In this document: piece after piece, positions 37,215 to 50,720 of the stretch
Numbering within the stretch: the stretch's first letter is position 1
Layout: every line of letters begins with the position of its first letter
NCBI RefSeq assembly: GCF_963921235.1
Contig: NC_086097.1
Coordinates: 45,076,001-45,140,000, forward strand
Length of the DNA stretch: 64,000 bases
Reading direction: 5' to 3'
Source of the DNA: Mobula hypostoma
Taxonomy: Eukaryota
The notes under the pieces: generated by a model
The model's database searches: none
Told to the model about the DNA's origin: nothing
What the model saw: only the letters and a program-made list of their open reading frames with translations
Position numbers and translations under genes: made by a program

Positions 37215-38380
37215 TCACTTCTATGTATGGATTAAATGTTTTGCCCATAAAATGACACTATGCACGGGAGTGTCTGTGCATAAGGTGAGCCTGACAGGAA
37301 ATGATAAAGTAGTGGTGGTGGGGGAGGGGTACGTTAATGGGTGAAGGTACTGATCAGACTTACTGCTTGGGGAAAGGAACTGTTTTTGACTGGTGGTCCT
37401 GGCATGGATACTACATAGCCTCCTCCCTGATGGGAATGGGAAAATCAGTCCATGAGCAGGATTAGTGGGATCCTTCATAATAGTGTTTGCCTTTGTCTGG
37501 CATCTTTTGTTATGTATGCCCTTGATGTTGGGTAGGCTGGTGCCAGTGGTCAGTTTTGACTACCCATTGTAGAGCCTTCCAGTCTGCGGCAATGCATTTT
37601 CCATACCACACAGTGATGCAGCATGTTAGGATGCTCCTTACTGCATGTCTGTAGAAGAAATGGAGTATTGATGTGCATAGTCCAGCTGTCTTCAGCCTCC
37701 TCAGAGTGTAGAAGCATTGGTGAGCTTTCCTGATTGTGTAGAATGTGTTCTAGGACCATGAGAGGCTGTGCGAGATGTGCACTCTCAGGAGTTTGAAACT
37801 GCTGGTGGATTCCATTGCTATGCTGTCGATGAGGCGTGTGAGAGTAGCAAGTTCTCCTGAAGTCGATAGCCAACCTTTTTTATTTGCCTGGAATCAGGCT
37901 TCAAGCTCTTCCACCTTTTCTCGGATCATTGTTGGTGGTGATCCCCTTCACTGCTGTGTCATCGACGAAGTTGAGAATGTTATTATTCGGATGTTTGGCT
38001 ATGCAGTCATGTGTGAGGAGGGCGTACAGCAGTGGGCTCAGCACACAGTCCTGGGGGTCACCCGTGTTCAGGATGATGGGGAGGGAGGAGTATTTGTGCA
38101 TCCTGACGATCTGAGGTCTGTTGGTTAGGAAGTCCAACACCCAGTTGCACAGTGGTGTGTTTAAACTGAGGAGTAGGAGTTTGTTCACCAAGATCTATGG
38201 GACAATAGTGTTGAATGCCAAACTGAAATCCAGAAACAGCATTCTGACCTAAATGACCATGTTTTCTAGACGTGTTGGGGCTAGGTGCATGACAGAATCA
38301 AAGGCATCTATCGTAGAGCGGTTCTGTCAGTAACCATATTGCTAAGTGTCCAGTGTGGCAGAAATAGAGTTTTTGATGTG
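37215..38380 (-). mobile_element. Rex1/Babar LINE RT/3' fragment
   Basis: ORF 37901-38191 [40 protein letters not shown] 37221-37478 KDPTNPAHGL..PSGRRL. Confidence 0.9.
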
Positions 38381-38839
38381 TGATATAAGATTAATAATTC
38401 ACAATGAAATGTCAATTTATAGTAAACATCAATTTTTTTCTATTGTAATACTATCACAGTAAAATAAGGTCCAAAACAAGAAGCACAAGACACAAATAAC
38501 ACAAAATAATATTAATGGGATGTTCTTGCAAACTACTTCCCAACTAATTGTGTATCAGCAAACAGGCTTGTTTAATTCACATTGTTCATTTATGAGACTT
38601 CTTTATTTGAAGAATGGGCACTGGAGAATATTAGAGAACCAAATGCAATAGATTACCCTCCCTGTATGAGTTTTAGGAAGAACAAATAGAGAACATGATA
38701 ATGTGACTGTGTCAATGTAACAGAACATAACAGGAAATGAGATTCCATCTCAGAATTGTAATTACATTTCTAAGGAAACAAAGATTGGGGCAATTGTCTC
38801 TCCCTATCAAGTAGGTAGGGCAGCTATATGTTAAAACAG

Positions 38840-39945
38840 GAAAGATTCTAGCATGGATAAAGCAATGACTGATTGGCAGGAAACAAAGAGTTGGAATAAA
38901 TGGAGCTTTCTCTGACTGACTGCCAGTGACTAGCTGTGTTCCATAGGGGTCGTTGTTGGACCGATTATTTTTACATTACATGTCAATGATTTGGATGATG
39001 TAATTGATGGCTTTATTGCTAAGTTTGCAGCTGATATGAAGATAGATGGAGGGGCAGGTAGTTTTGAAGTAGTAGAGAGACCACAGAAGGACTTAAACAG
39101 ATTAGGAGAATGGGCAAAGAAATGGCAGATAGAATACAGTGAAGGGAAATGTATGGTCATGTACAATCGGTAGAAGAAATGAAAGGTTTTACTATTTTCT
39201 AAATAGAGAGAAAATACAAAAAACTGAGGTGCAAAAGGGACTTGGGAGTCCTTGTGCAGGATTCGCTAAAGTCTAATTTGCAGGCTGAGTCTGTGGTGAG
39301 GAAGCCAGATGCAATGTTAGCATTATTTTCAAGAGGATCAGAGTATAAAAGCAAGGATGTAATGTTGAGACTTTATAAAGCACTGGTGAGGCCTCACTTG
39401 GAGTACTGTGAGCTGGTCTGGGCACATTATCTTAGAAAAGGATGTGCTGAAACTGGATACGGTTCAAAGGAGATTCACAAAAATGATTCCAGGATTGAAT
39501 GGCTTGTCATATGAAGAGCGTTTGATAGCTCCGGGCCCGCATTCACTGGAATTCAGACAAATGAGGGGTGACCTCATTGAAACCTATCAAATGGCGAAAG
39601 GCCTTGATAGAGTGGATGTGGAGAGAATGTTTCCTATGGTGGGAGAGTCTAAGACCAGAAGACACAGCCACAGAATAGAGGGGCATCATTTCAGAACAGA
39701 GAGGAAGAAGAATTTCTTTAGCTAGAGGGTGGTGAGTCTGTGAAATTCTTTGCCACAGGTAGCTGTGAAGGCCAACTCTTTATGTAAATTTAAGGCAGAG
39801 GTTGATAGAGTCTTGATTGATCAGGGCATGAAGGGATGTGGGGAGAAGGCAGGAGATTGGGGCTGAAAGGAAAATTGGATCATCCATGGGGGAGCAGACT
39901 TGATGGGCAAAATGGTCTAATTCTGCTCCTATATCTCATGGTTTT
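38840..39945 (+). mobile_element. CR1-like LINE RT/3' fragment
   Basis: ORFs 38991-39173, 39242-39514 and 39408-39725, then the 3' UTR and tail. Confidence 0.9.
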
Positions 39946-40134
39946 ATTTTAAGAGAGATTTGGGAAATTGCACTTTTGAAGAGGTAGTTCTGATTCTAAA
40001 ATTTTCAACCTGTGGACTGTCTAGAGTAATTCCCTCATAGGGTAGCACAGCACAGAAACAGACCCTTTGCCCAGCCGGTCTGTGCCAAATGATTAATTTG
40101 CCTAATCCCATCGACCTGTATCCAAACTGTTGAC

Positions 40135-41130
40135 TTCCGTACCAATGTTGTTTGTAATATATATTAATGATCTGGATGATGGAGTGGTAAATTGGATTAG
40201 TAAGTATGCAGATGATACTAAGATAGGTGGTGTTGTGGATGATGAGGTAGGTTTTCAAACCTTGCAGAGAGATTTAGGACAGTTAGAAGAGTGGGCTGAA
40301 AGATGGCAGATGGAGTTTAATGCAAAAAAATATAAGGTGCTACATTTTGGTAGAACTAATCAAAATAGGACATACACGGTGAATGGTAGGGAATTAAAGA
40401 ATGCAGTAGAACAAGGGGAGCTAGGAATAATGGTGCATAGTTCCCTGAAGATGGAATCTCATGTGGATAGGGTGGTGAAGAAAGCTTTTGGTTTGCTGGC
40501 CTTTATTAATCAGAGCATTGAGTATAGGAGTTGGGATGTAATGTTGAATTTGTATAAGGCATTAGTAAGGCCAAATCTGGAGTATTGTGTACAGTTCTGG
40601 TCACTGAATTATAGGAAAGATGTCAATAAAATTGAGAGAGTACAGAGGAAGTTTACTAAAATGTTGCCTGGGTTTCATCTCCTAAGTTACAGAGAAGGGT
40701 TGAACAAGTTAGATCTTTATTCTTTGGAGTGTAGAAGGTTGAGAGGGGACTTGATAGAGGTATTTAAAATTATGAGGGGATTAATAGAGTTGACGTGGTT
40801 AGACTTTTTCCATTGAGAGTGGGGAAGATTCAAACAAGAGGACTTGGGTTGAGAGTTAGAGGACAAAAGTTTAGAGATAACATGAGGGGGAACTTCTTTA
40901 CTCAGAGAGTGGTAGCTGTGCGGAATGAGCTTCCAGCAGAAGTGGTTGAGGCAGGTTCTATGTTGTCATTTAAAGTTAAATTGGATAGATATATGGACAG
41001 GAAAGGAATGGAGGGTTATGGGCTGAGTGCAGGTCGGTGGGACTAGGATAGGGTAAGAGTTCGGCACGGACTAGAAGGGCCGAGATGGCCTGTTTCCGTG
41101 CTGTAATTGTTATATGGTTATATGGTTATA
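40135..41130 (+). mobile_element. Relatively young CR1-like 3' fragment inserted into the tail of an opposite-strand CR1
   Basis: 228-aa ORF with LFVIYINDLD..SKYADDTK; tail (TTATATGG)n. Both flanks (40040-40134 and 41130 onward) read as one minus-strand CR1 3' UTR. Confidence 0.92.
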
Positions 41131-42334
41131 CCCCTCCATCCAGGTACTGCCCAGACAGCTCTGGTGGGAACTTGTTCCAAACTCTCACCACCCTCTAAGT
41201 GAAGAAGTTCCATCTCATGTTCGCTTAAACATTTTACTTTCATTTTTAACGCATCGCCTCTAGTTCTAGCCTCACCCAACCTTGGTGAAAAAGCCTGCTT
41301 GCATTTACCCTACCTACTCCTCTCATAGTTTTATATACCTCTATCAAATCTCCCCTCATTCTCCTACGCTCTAGTAAGGAATAAAGTCCTAAACTATTCA
41401 ACCTTTCCCTATAACTCCAGCGCTCAAATCCTGGCAGCATCCTTGTAAATTTTATCTGTACTCTTTCAATCTTATTTCCATCTTTTCTGTAGGTAGGAGA
41501 ACCAGAACTGCACGCAATACTCCAAATTGGGCTTCACCAATGTCTTATACAACTTCAGCAGATTCCTCTGTACTTCCACACTCCTCAGTGTTCTACCATT
41601 CACAGTTTAAGACCTATCCTGGTTTGTCCTCCTGAAATGCAATGCCTTATGCTTGTCTGCATTAAATTCTACCTGCTGTTTTTCAGCTAATTTTTCCAGC
41701 TGGTCCAGATCCCACTGCAAACTTTGATAGTCTTCCTGGCTGTCCACTATGCCCCTAACCTTGGTATCATCTTGATCCAGTTAACCACATCATCATCCAG
41801 ACGGTTGATATAGATGACAAACAACAACAGACTCAGTGCTAATCGCTGCGGCACACCACTAGTCAAAGGTCTGCAGTCGGAGAGGCAACCATCCGCTACC
41901 ACTCTCTGGTTTCTCCCACAAAGCCAATGTCTAATCCAATTTACTATCTCATCCTGAATGCCAAGCAATGGAACCTTCTTGACCAACCTCCCATGTGGGA
42001 CCTTGTCAAAGGCCTTGCTAAAGTCCATGTAGGCAACATCCACTGCCATGTTTTGACCAGCTTTCCTGGGAACTTACTCAAAAAACTCTATAAGATTGGT
42101 TAGAGATGACCTACCATGCAGAAAGCCATGCTGACTCTCACTAGTCGGTCCCCATCTATCCAAATACTTATATATCTGGTCCATTGGAATACCTTCCAAT
42201 ACTTTACCCACTACTGACATCAGGCTCACTGGGCTATAATTCCCCAATTTATTCTTACAGTCTTTGCTTAGAAATGGAACAACATCAGCTATCCTCCAAT
42301 CCTCCAGCACCTTTTGCTGAGGAGATTTCAAACC

Positions 42335-42860
42335 TCAGAAGAATCAGAATCAGGTTTATTATCACCGGCCTGTGTCATGAAATTTGTTAACTTAGCAGCA
42401 GCATTCACTGCAACACATAATATAGAGGAAGAAAAACAAACAAACAAATAAATAAATCAATTACAGTCTATGTATATTGAATAGATCAAAAATCATGCAA
42501 AAACAGAAATAATATATACTAATAAAGTGAGGTAGTGTTCACGGGTTCAACATCCGTTTAGGAATCGGTTGGCAGAGGGGAAGAAACTGTTCCTGAATCA
42601 CTGAGTGTGTACCTTCAGGCTTCTGTACCTTCTACCCGATGGTAACAGTGAGAAAAGGGCATGCCCTGGGTACTGGAGGGCCTTAATAATGGACGCTGCC
42701 TTTCTGAGACACCTCATCCTGAAGTTATCCTAGGTATTTTGTAGGCTAGTACCCGAGATGGGAGCCGACTAAATTTACAACCCTCTGCAACTTCTTTTGG
42801 TCCTGTGCAGTAGCCCCCCCACCCCACCCCCATACCAGACAGTGATGCAGCCTGTTGGAA
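42335..42860 (-). mobile_element. Rex1/Babar 3' fragment with (GATTCT)n tail
   Basis: AGAATCAGAATCAGGTTTATT tail, and CTTCTACCCGATGGTAACAGTGAGAA (LLPSGRRY on the minus strand). Confidence 0.8.
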
Positions 42861-43069
42861 TGCTAGGGCCCCTGCAATTTCTGCATTAGCCTCCCACAAG
42901 GTCTAAAAGAACACCTTGTCAGAAACTGGGGATTTATCCACCCTAACTTGCATCAAGACGGCAAACACCTCCTCCTTTGTGATCTGTATAGGGTCAGACC
43001 TTACTGATGTGTTGCCTCACTTCTATGGACTCTGTGTCCAGCTTGTGAGTAAATACAGATGCAAAACAC

Positions 43070-43570
43070 AGAGGCATATATGACACAAATAAGACAGAAA
43101 GCACATATAAGATATCAGGAAAATACAGTCACACGAAAAGCATATATTCCAAGACACTGAGTCCATGATTGTTGCAGCAGTCTGCAGTCAAACACAATAC
43201 AGATTGTCTTCTGGTGAGTGAAGAGTGGGGGCAGCACTGACACCAGCTTGGACACACCACCTCCAGTGGAACGCACCGTCTCCAACACCTCTCTCTCAGG
43301 CAGCTGTAAACAGGCGACACTGCGGCTTGGGGCCCAGCCCTTGCTGCGACCAAAGCCACACAACTCCCCTGCCACCTGCCAATAGATTCGTGGATCAGGC
43401 CTGCAGTATTCCACCTTACCAATGTCCAGCAGGGTCTTGAATCACAAGAGAAGTGACTAAGATGATCACTCGCTGTTAACCTGCCCACTGCCTTTGTGCA
43501 CCAACTCCTCCGACACCTCCCTTATCAAGCAGCAGCATGATCCTCACCAAGTCCAGCTCCTTTAGTTTCT
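43070..43570 (-). repeat. Unclassified dispersed repeat, homologous to 58150-58920
   Basis: Shared blocks GTGATCATCTTAGT..CTTGTGAT..CAAGA..GACATTGGT and TATTGTGTTTGACTGCAGAC..CATGGACTCAG. Confidence 0.75.
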
Positions 43571-46500
43571 CCACCAATGAGCAATCTCTATGTATTGATT
43601 AAGGAAACTTTCCTGAACACTTTTGACAAACTCTATCCTGGTCAATATGTGGAAAATTCATATCACCTACTTCTTACAACATTCTGCGATCCCTCTGCAA
43701 ATTTGCTCTTCTAAATTTTGCTGATGATTTGGTGATCGGGATCCCCAACCTTTTTTGCACTGCGGGACCAGCTTAATATTGACAATATTCTTGCGGACTG
43801 GCACCAACTCCTTAGACATGTGTTAAACTGTACGATCTTCCTATTTCTGGCCTAACTAATACTTGGCATGGGTAGCAACCCTGAGAACACAACCCTAGTG
43901 GTTCTGTCCTTTAACGTAGCTCCTAACTCCCTAAACTTGCTTTGCAGGACCTCATCACCATTCCTACCTGTGTCATTGATACCTACATGGAACATGATCT
44001 CTGGCTGCTCACCCTCCCATTTAAGAGTGCTGTGGTCTTGATCCAAGGTGTTCCTGACCCTGGTACTCAGGAGGCAACATATCATCCAGAAATCTCTTTC
44101 TCGCCCACAGAACCTCCTGTCTGGTCCCCTAACATTGAATTCCCCTTTCCCCATCCTGACGGCCACCCAGTTACTCGAGTCCTGCATCTTGGGAGTATCA
44201 TCTGCCAATCCACCCTGCAGCCTTCCGAATGTCCAGTGTTCATCCAGCTCCAGCTCCAGTTCCTTAGCCTGGTCTGTAAGAGACTGCAGCGGGATGCACC
44301 TCTTGCAGGTGTAGTCATCAGAAACTCTGGAGGTCTCCTTGCTTTCCCACATCCCGCAAGAGGAGCATTCCACTATCCTGTCCGACATCCCCACCTCTTT
44401 AAGCGTGAATGAGAAAAAAAGAAAGAAATTAAATTTTTAAAAATCTACAGAAGATCTTTTCTTACTTACTCCTTAAATTTCGCAATTAAAATATATGAAC
44501 CCTAATTAGAGAACTTTAAGAAGAAAAGACACCATTTTCAACATCATTTTCGGGTTAACCTTTATTTCAGTGATATAATTCATAATAAATTATAAAAACC
44601 AAAATCATAATATGAACAAACTGTTGTAAAATATAAATAATTTGTTAAAAATACTTGTTTTTCAGAAATGCTTGAAACACTAATATGGTGTAAATTGTTG
44701 TAAATAATTTAGTGCATCACGGATTATTTTAAAATATGCTAGACACGTTTAAACATTGGCAAAAGCCAGAAATAGCAATTTACCTACTGAGTTAATGCTT
44801 TGGTTTTAATTTAATTTAATTTAATTTTACAATTTCATGAAGATAAGTCTCTGCGTTTAGTGTGTTCATATTTGCCAGGTCAGTGAACTGGCACGTTCAG
44901 ATTGAGGAAATCATTAAACAGGTGTTTGTCTTTCATTTAATGGACAAACTAATTGATTCCTGAAGGTGAAGGCTTTCAGGAGTACAGTCCAAATCAAACT
45001 GAACCTGGATTATTTCCACAACTTTAGATATTTTGATCTTCTTACATTACAAACTAAACTTTGCCCAGTTCATCTTATTTCGGAGTAATTTGAGAAAGCA
45101 AAATTCACAGAAATTTTACATATTGGTTTATAATTTCCCCGGTGTCTACCACCTGAAGCTGGAACTAGAGAATCAAATATTTTTAATCAGTAGGCATTTG
45201 GCTTTCAGTAAAGTCTATATTGAAATCTCATTGATTTATCATGAAGGGACGAGGAAGGCTGTGGCAGGAGGCAACCCATTACATTTATTCTGGGGGGGGG
45301 GATACATTTGTAAGGTTTTTCAGTGAAGATGATGGCAAACACAGTGTGATCATGACACCTTCATCTGATGTTATAGAGAAAGGCTGTACATGTCAAAAAT
45401 GCATAGTCACAAGTTTGATGATGGGAGATGCGTGGGAGTGAAGTGCAGTATTCCAGGAAGCCTTGTCTTTTCCATTCCTTTTAACACCACGATTAAAATC
45501 ATGATTCCACTAATATTCTGGATTTAGCCAACCGAATATCTAGATAAATGGAAAACATTTCACTAAAACTTTATCACACGTACCCATCTACATTCAGAAG
45601 TCTCCTCAATAAGGCCATTCTTCCCTGATGTTTTCTAAAAATTTCCTGATGTCTTAAACACTTTAGCTCTTTGGGAGCTGCTGCTAGTAAAGTGACAATC
45701 TCCTTTGTTTCTGAACCTCAGACATTAAGTTGGACTGTCCCTTGGAAGTGTTTGGTCTCTGTCCATCTGTTCGTACCATGCAGTTTCTAACATCGTAGTG
45801 TCTGCATTGCCATATGTTCACATTTTTTCACGTTGGTCCCAGGTGTTCCATTCAGGTCTTTTACCTACGAAACCAGCTCATTAATATTGTCCTAACCTCA
45901 CCCTCCTTCATCAAGTGGACACTAAATCAAAATAATTTACAAATCTCCATCTGAGCATGACTTATGGCCGTCTTACATCAGCAAGTTAAAATTGTTACTA
46001 TTAGAAACAGAGTAGCAAACATTGTTTTTATTTACCAAGCATTGGACCGTTCAGCTTTCAGTTAAGAGTATATAATAGATCACTTATTGTATTGTTGCAA
46101 AAGCTGAATGACCCAAATAATTGCAAATTTCACCCAACAGCACGTATAAAGGAAAATCAAAGACAGCGGACCTGTGGTTTCAAAGTAAATGCACTATAAT
46201 ATTCAAGGTTTTCCTGGTGGGTTTAGTGGAAGCTTTAAGATCTCCAATCTCTAATGCTTCTCTTTCCCTATCCTCCTTTACTCCAAGTTTTCTCTCTTTC
46301 CAGCTCTCCATCGACTAATTTCGCCCATGTGTCGATCCATTTACCAGTCTCCTTTGCTTCTGGTATCAAGCATGGCCTTGTATTCTTCAGCAGTGTCAAA
46401 AGCAATACTGTCAATAGATAGAATGTCCCATAGTGCTTATCAGAAGTCACTCAGATATTGGGGTAAGCATTTGGTCATTGAAGCATGTTTTAAAGGAAAG

Positions 46501-46964
46501 ACATGGATATGGAAGTGGCATTTAGGGAGGGGATTCCAGATATCAGGGCTACAACAGTGAACCTCAGGGAAACCCATAGGGATAACATTGGAAAATGCGG
46601 ATGGTTCAGCGTGTTGAAGGGTTTAACGACATTACAGAACGATGGAAAGAAGGGATTAAGGAGGGATTTGAAAATATGTTTACAATTTTTCAAAATGAGA
46701 CAGAATTTACCCAGCATTTTAAGCCTGTGAGCACAGGAGTGTTAAACTTCAGGTGAGTCTTGACACAGGGGGGTAGAATTTTGGATTTAAAATTTGCAGA
46801 GAGTAGAGGAAGGGAATGCAGTTAGAATGCTGTTAGAAAAAATACTTTTAAAAGTAAAAAAATTTACAAATGAGGTGTAGAATATTAAATGAGCATTTGC
46901 AGGTGTGGGGTTGCGCCGATATAGAAGTGAAAACAGTGCTGTTGATTATCTGGAGTGCAGAGAA

Positions 46965-47235
46965 GGCCCCTCAGGCCCTTTGAGGCATATCACCCCAGCA
47001 ACCCCCAACAATCCTGATTTACCCCTAACCTAATCACAGGAAATTTACAATGACCAATTAACCTACCTGGCACGTCTTTGGACTGTGGGAGGAAACCAGA
47101 GCACCCGGGGAAAGCCCCCGCATTCCAAGGGAAGGACGTTCAGAGACTCCTTGCAGAGGACTCCAGAATTGAACTCTGAACTCCGACGACCCAAGGTGTA
47201 GCTGTGTCGCGCTGTTAAGCTATTATGGCGCCCAC
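46965..47235 (-). mobile_element. SINE fragment
   Basis: GTCTTTGGACTGTGGGAGGAAACCAGAGCACCCGGGGAAA is the reverse complement of the SINE core. Confidence 0.75.
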
Positions 47236-48667
47236 CAGTCGCTGTTCATAAAAAAAAACAATTTGTATCTCCTGATTCCTTGCACCTACCAGCTGAATCC
47301 AACTTCACCTTCTCTCGAATGTCCTGGATTACTTTGCTCCTTTGTAATATGATCTCATGGCTGGGACCATTCCCTGAATGAAACCTCTTGATTGATTTTC
47401 CATTCTTCCTATCACAATAGGATTGCATTAGTCATTGAATAAGAAATATCATGTTTGCAACCACATCGTTACTTCACTGCGTCTGATGTTGTTAATCCTA
47501 CACTCTTATTAAGCACTTATGGGGAAAAATGTCCTTTGGCTGTACTGCAGTGCTCTATGACTGATTATCGTGACCTCCCATTATAACTTCGGGGGAAGAT
47601 AAGACACTCCCAGGCGTACCTGCGTAAATCACTGCATCACATCCCTAAAGCTCATTTACATCGATGGAGTCTGGAGAAATACCACTGAAATTTTATCCTC
47701 TCTTTTCCACAGCCCCCTTCCTATCCAATCCTCTCTAATATATGAGAGCATATTGTCTCAAATGGCTTCTGCATGCATCCTCACGTGGTTATCATCTCCA
47801 TTATGTGGAGGTCACTTCCTGCCTTTTTTCTGACTTAAGTTCAATATAGGGTGTAAATAAGATGCTCATTTGATTAACTTGCTGTATGTTCGATAGCTAT
47901 TTTTGCATATATTTGCAAAATATGCAAATTCACAAGCAATAAATCTTTAAACTGAAATTACTTATCCTGTGTAGGTTAGAAAAGTGCAGACACCTACTCA
48001 CAATGGTACCTTTCAGCAATTTTGATTTATTGATGAAGATTCACAGAACAGGCTTTTGAATTTTAGTGTTGAAAGAATGTACCAATAAGTTTCATTTAAA
48101 AAAAAATCTCTACATACATTTCAAATGTAAACTGCATGTTCTGATTTTGCTGAAAGTGTGAGCTGTTTCGCCAGCTCTGTTTAAACCCCTGCCTGCATTT
48201 TTCCTTGCAAGCCGTCAGCTTTGTTTACAATGGGGAAATTTCCATGCACACAGCATACTCCTAGGGAGGGAATGGGGTGAGGGCAGAGGAGGAGTAGACG
48301 TTGCACACTCGTAGAAGTGTAGGCTCGTTCTCTCTGTCTCTGCAAGCTTAGAGTGCATGAGTTATAGGTTCTGCAAATAAATTATTGTGTTTATCTGACT
48401 GTGGCTCCTTTTAGGTGTGGACATGGGGGGTGGGGATGGGGGGGAAGAAAATACATAGCAGCTTGCACCAATGTGACAACCGAATGTCAAGCTTCCCCAT
48501 GCTTTAGTAACAGATTAACAATTAGATACAAAATGCAACATAGGTTTAAGACACATTATACAGTATTCCAGCATCTGTAGAACCTCTTGTGTTTACATTA
48601 TACAGTATGTTTACTAAAGACTTGTCTATACAGGAAATTTAGTGCATACAGTATCAATAGTAAACAA

Positions 48668-48673
48668 TTTATT
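48668..48673 (-). promoter_or_regulatory. Candidate poly(A) signal of EML1-like gene
   Basis: First AATAAA on the minus strand, ~390 nt after the stop codon. Another occurs at 48026-48031. Confidence 0.4.
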
Positions 48674-49062
48674 ACAGCTTATTCTCACCAATTAAAAAGA
48701 AAGTTTGTAGTCACAGACATTACGTTGGAGTAACTGCATGAACAATACTGCACATTAGCATAGGCATACCCTCACTTCACCACATAGAAATATATTGGAG
48801 CCCAGAGACAGCAGGATCAAGTCTGTTTTCTGGAATACAGTCATTAGCACACCATGCACCAGTAACCTTGCAGAGGCTTGATTTTCCTGAGGTTTAAGTA
48901 AAATCTTTGACATTTAGCAGAAATGTCAAATCAAGGGCTGTAAAAGTGCAGGAACTTCTCTTATTTTTTGTTAGCTGCAGTTTTAACATCTGGCAAATAT
49001 TATTCCATATTTGTTACATTTGCTCTGAAGTCCAAAAGTAAATTTCAGGACAGAAGGTCAAC

Positions 49063-49188
49063 TTAAATGACTTTCCACTGCATGACACTCATGTCCTTCC
49101 CACCGGTGGAGATTAGCTGACTGTCATCGTACAGGAAGCTCACACCGGTCACATGACTGCTGTGTCCTCCGTATGTGTGGCCCGGAGC
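49063..49188 (-). CDS. EML1: EML1-like, last coding exon
   Basis: Acceptor TTTAATTTGCAG, then APGHTYGGHSSHVTGVSFLYDDSQLISTGGKDMSVMQWKVI*, matching the EML1 WD40 C-terminus; phase 0. Confidence 0.93.
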   Translation of the reverse strand, partial: APGHTYGGHSSHVTGVSFLYDDSQLISTGGKDMSVMQWKVI

Positions 49189-49229
49189 CTGCAAATTAAA
49201 CAAAAAGTCTTTTTTTTTCTGTTTGATTT

Positions 49230-49890
49230 TCATACTGTAAGCACGCATGTGCAATTACGAAGAAAGCACGACACGCCCCTACTTCCTCAAGAGTTTGTCA
49301 AAGTTTTAGATGTCATTCCAATCTTCGTAAACTCCTATAGATTCATGGTGGAGAGCATATTGACTGGCAACATCACCGCCTGGTATGGAAACACCAATGC
49401 CTTTGAACAGAAAACCCTACCACCCATCCATCACGGGTAAAGCTCTCCCCACCACTGAGCACATCTACACGGAGCATTGTTGCAGGAAAGCAGCATCCAT
49501 CGTCAACAACCCCCACCACCCAGGTGATGCTTTCTTCTCGCTGCTGCCAACAGACAGAAGGAAGGTACAGGGGCCTCAGGAGTCACATCATCAAGTTCAG
49601 GAACAGTTATTACCCCTCAATCATCGGGCTCTTGAACCAAAGAGGATAACTTCAACTTCAATTGCACCATCACTGAAGTGTTCCCTCAACCTATGGACTC
49701 ACTTTCAAGGACTCTTCATCTCATGTTCTCAATATTTATTGCTTATATTTCTTCTTTATTTTTGTATTTACACACTGGTTGTACACCCAGTTGTGCCATA
49801 TTGGGTTTATTGAGTATGCCCGCAAGAAAATGAATCGCAGGATTGTATGTGGTAACACATATGTACTTTGATAATAAATTTACTTTGAAC
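49230..49890 (+). mobile_element. Rex1/Babar 3' fragment in EML1 intron
   Basis: YRFMVESILTGNITAWYGN; ALPTTEHIY..CCRKAASIVNNPHHPG..FSLLP; 3' end GATAATAAATTTACTTTGAAC. Confidence 0.85.
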
Positions 49891-50297
49891 TGTGTATCAG
49901 ATATACAGATAAAGGAACTTGTTACCTCAGTTGCGTATCACCATTTAGGGACAAGCTGTGATCAAGACCAAACTTATTTCAGTCCTGAACAGATTGAATT
50001 CAATTAAAGTTGCACACAGCTTTTGATAATTCTACCCTGAGGATAGTCCTTCATATATTCAGAAAACCTCTCCGTCAAACACACACAACAACAACATCCA
50101 CCACACGTCGCTCCAAGAAGGTATGCCAACCCTAACTGAACACATTCCTGAAGGCTTAATTATATGATGCCAGGTCACAAGACCTCACTCACGTGAGAAT
50201 TGTCTGCAGTCTGCAAAATGCCATTATGTTTATTTCATAAAGTTGCGCTGTATGTGTTAAGCATTTTCCATTGACCAATCTGAGAAACTCTTGTTAT

Positions 50298-50720
50298 CTA
50301 CACTCAGCAGATACTTATTAGATACTCCCTATACTTAAAAACGTGGCCACTGAGTGCACGTACATAGTGTACATGCTCTTCTGCTGTTGTTGCCTACCCA
50401 CTTCAAAGTTCACTGTGTTGTGTGTTGAGAGAGGACCTTCTGCACACCACTGCCGAAACATGTGGTTATTTTAATTACTTCCTGTCAGCTTGAACCAGTT
50501 TGGTCACTGTCTTCTGACCTTGCTCATTATAAAGCGTTTTTGCCCACAGAACTGCGGCTTACAGGCTGTATCTGGTTTATCGAACCATTCTCCATAAACT
50601 CTAGAGACTGCCGTGCATGAAAATCCCAGGAGGTCAGCAATTTCTGAGATACTGAAATAAGCAGATCTGGCACCAGTAATCACTCCATGGTCAAATCTTT
50701 CCTCACTATCTGTCACATTT
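50298..50720 (-). mobile_element. Tc1/mariner-like DNA transposon remnant
   Basis: ORF 50504-50725 is HTH-like (GARSAYFSISEIADLLGFSCTAVSRVYGEW). TA-CACTCAG...TTATTAG terminus at 50298. Confidence 0.75.

Larger units (their letters stand above)
40040..44405 (-). mobile_element. Fragmented CR1-like LINE including ORF1 (Zn finger + SGNH esterase-like)
   Basis: ORF2 pieces at 41246-42331. ORF 43852-44394 VECSSCGMW..YTCKRC..HVGIND..VVFSGLLP matches CR1 ORF1 architecture. Interrupted by other elements. Confidence 0.8.
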
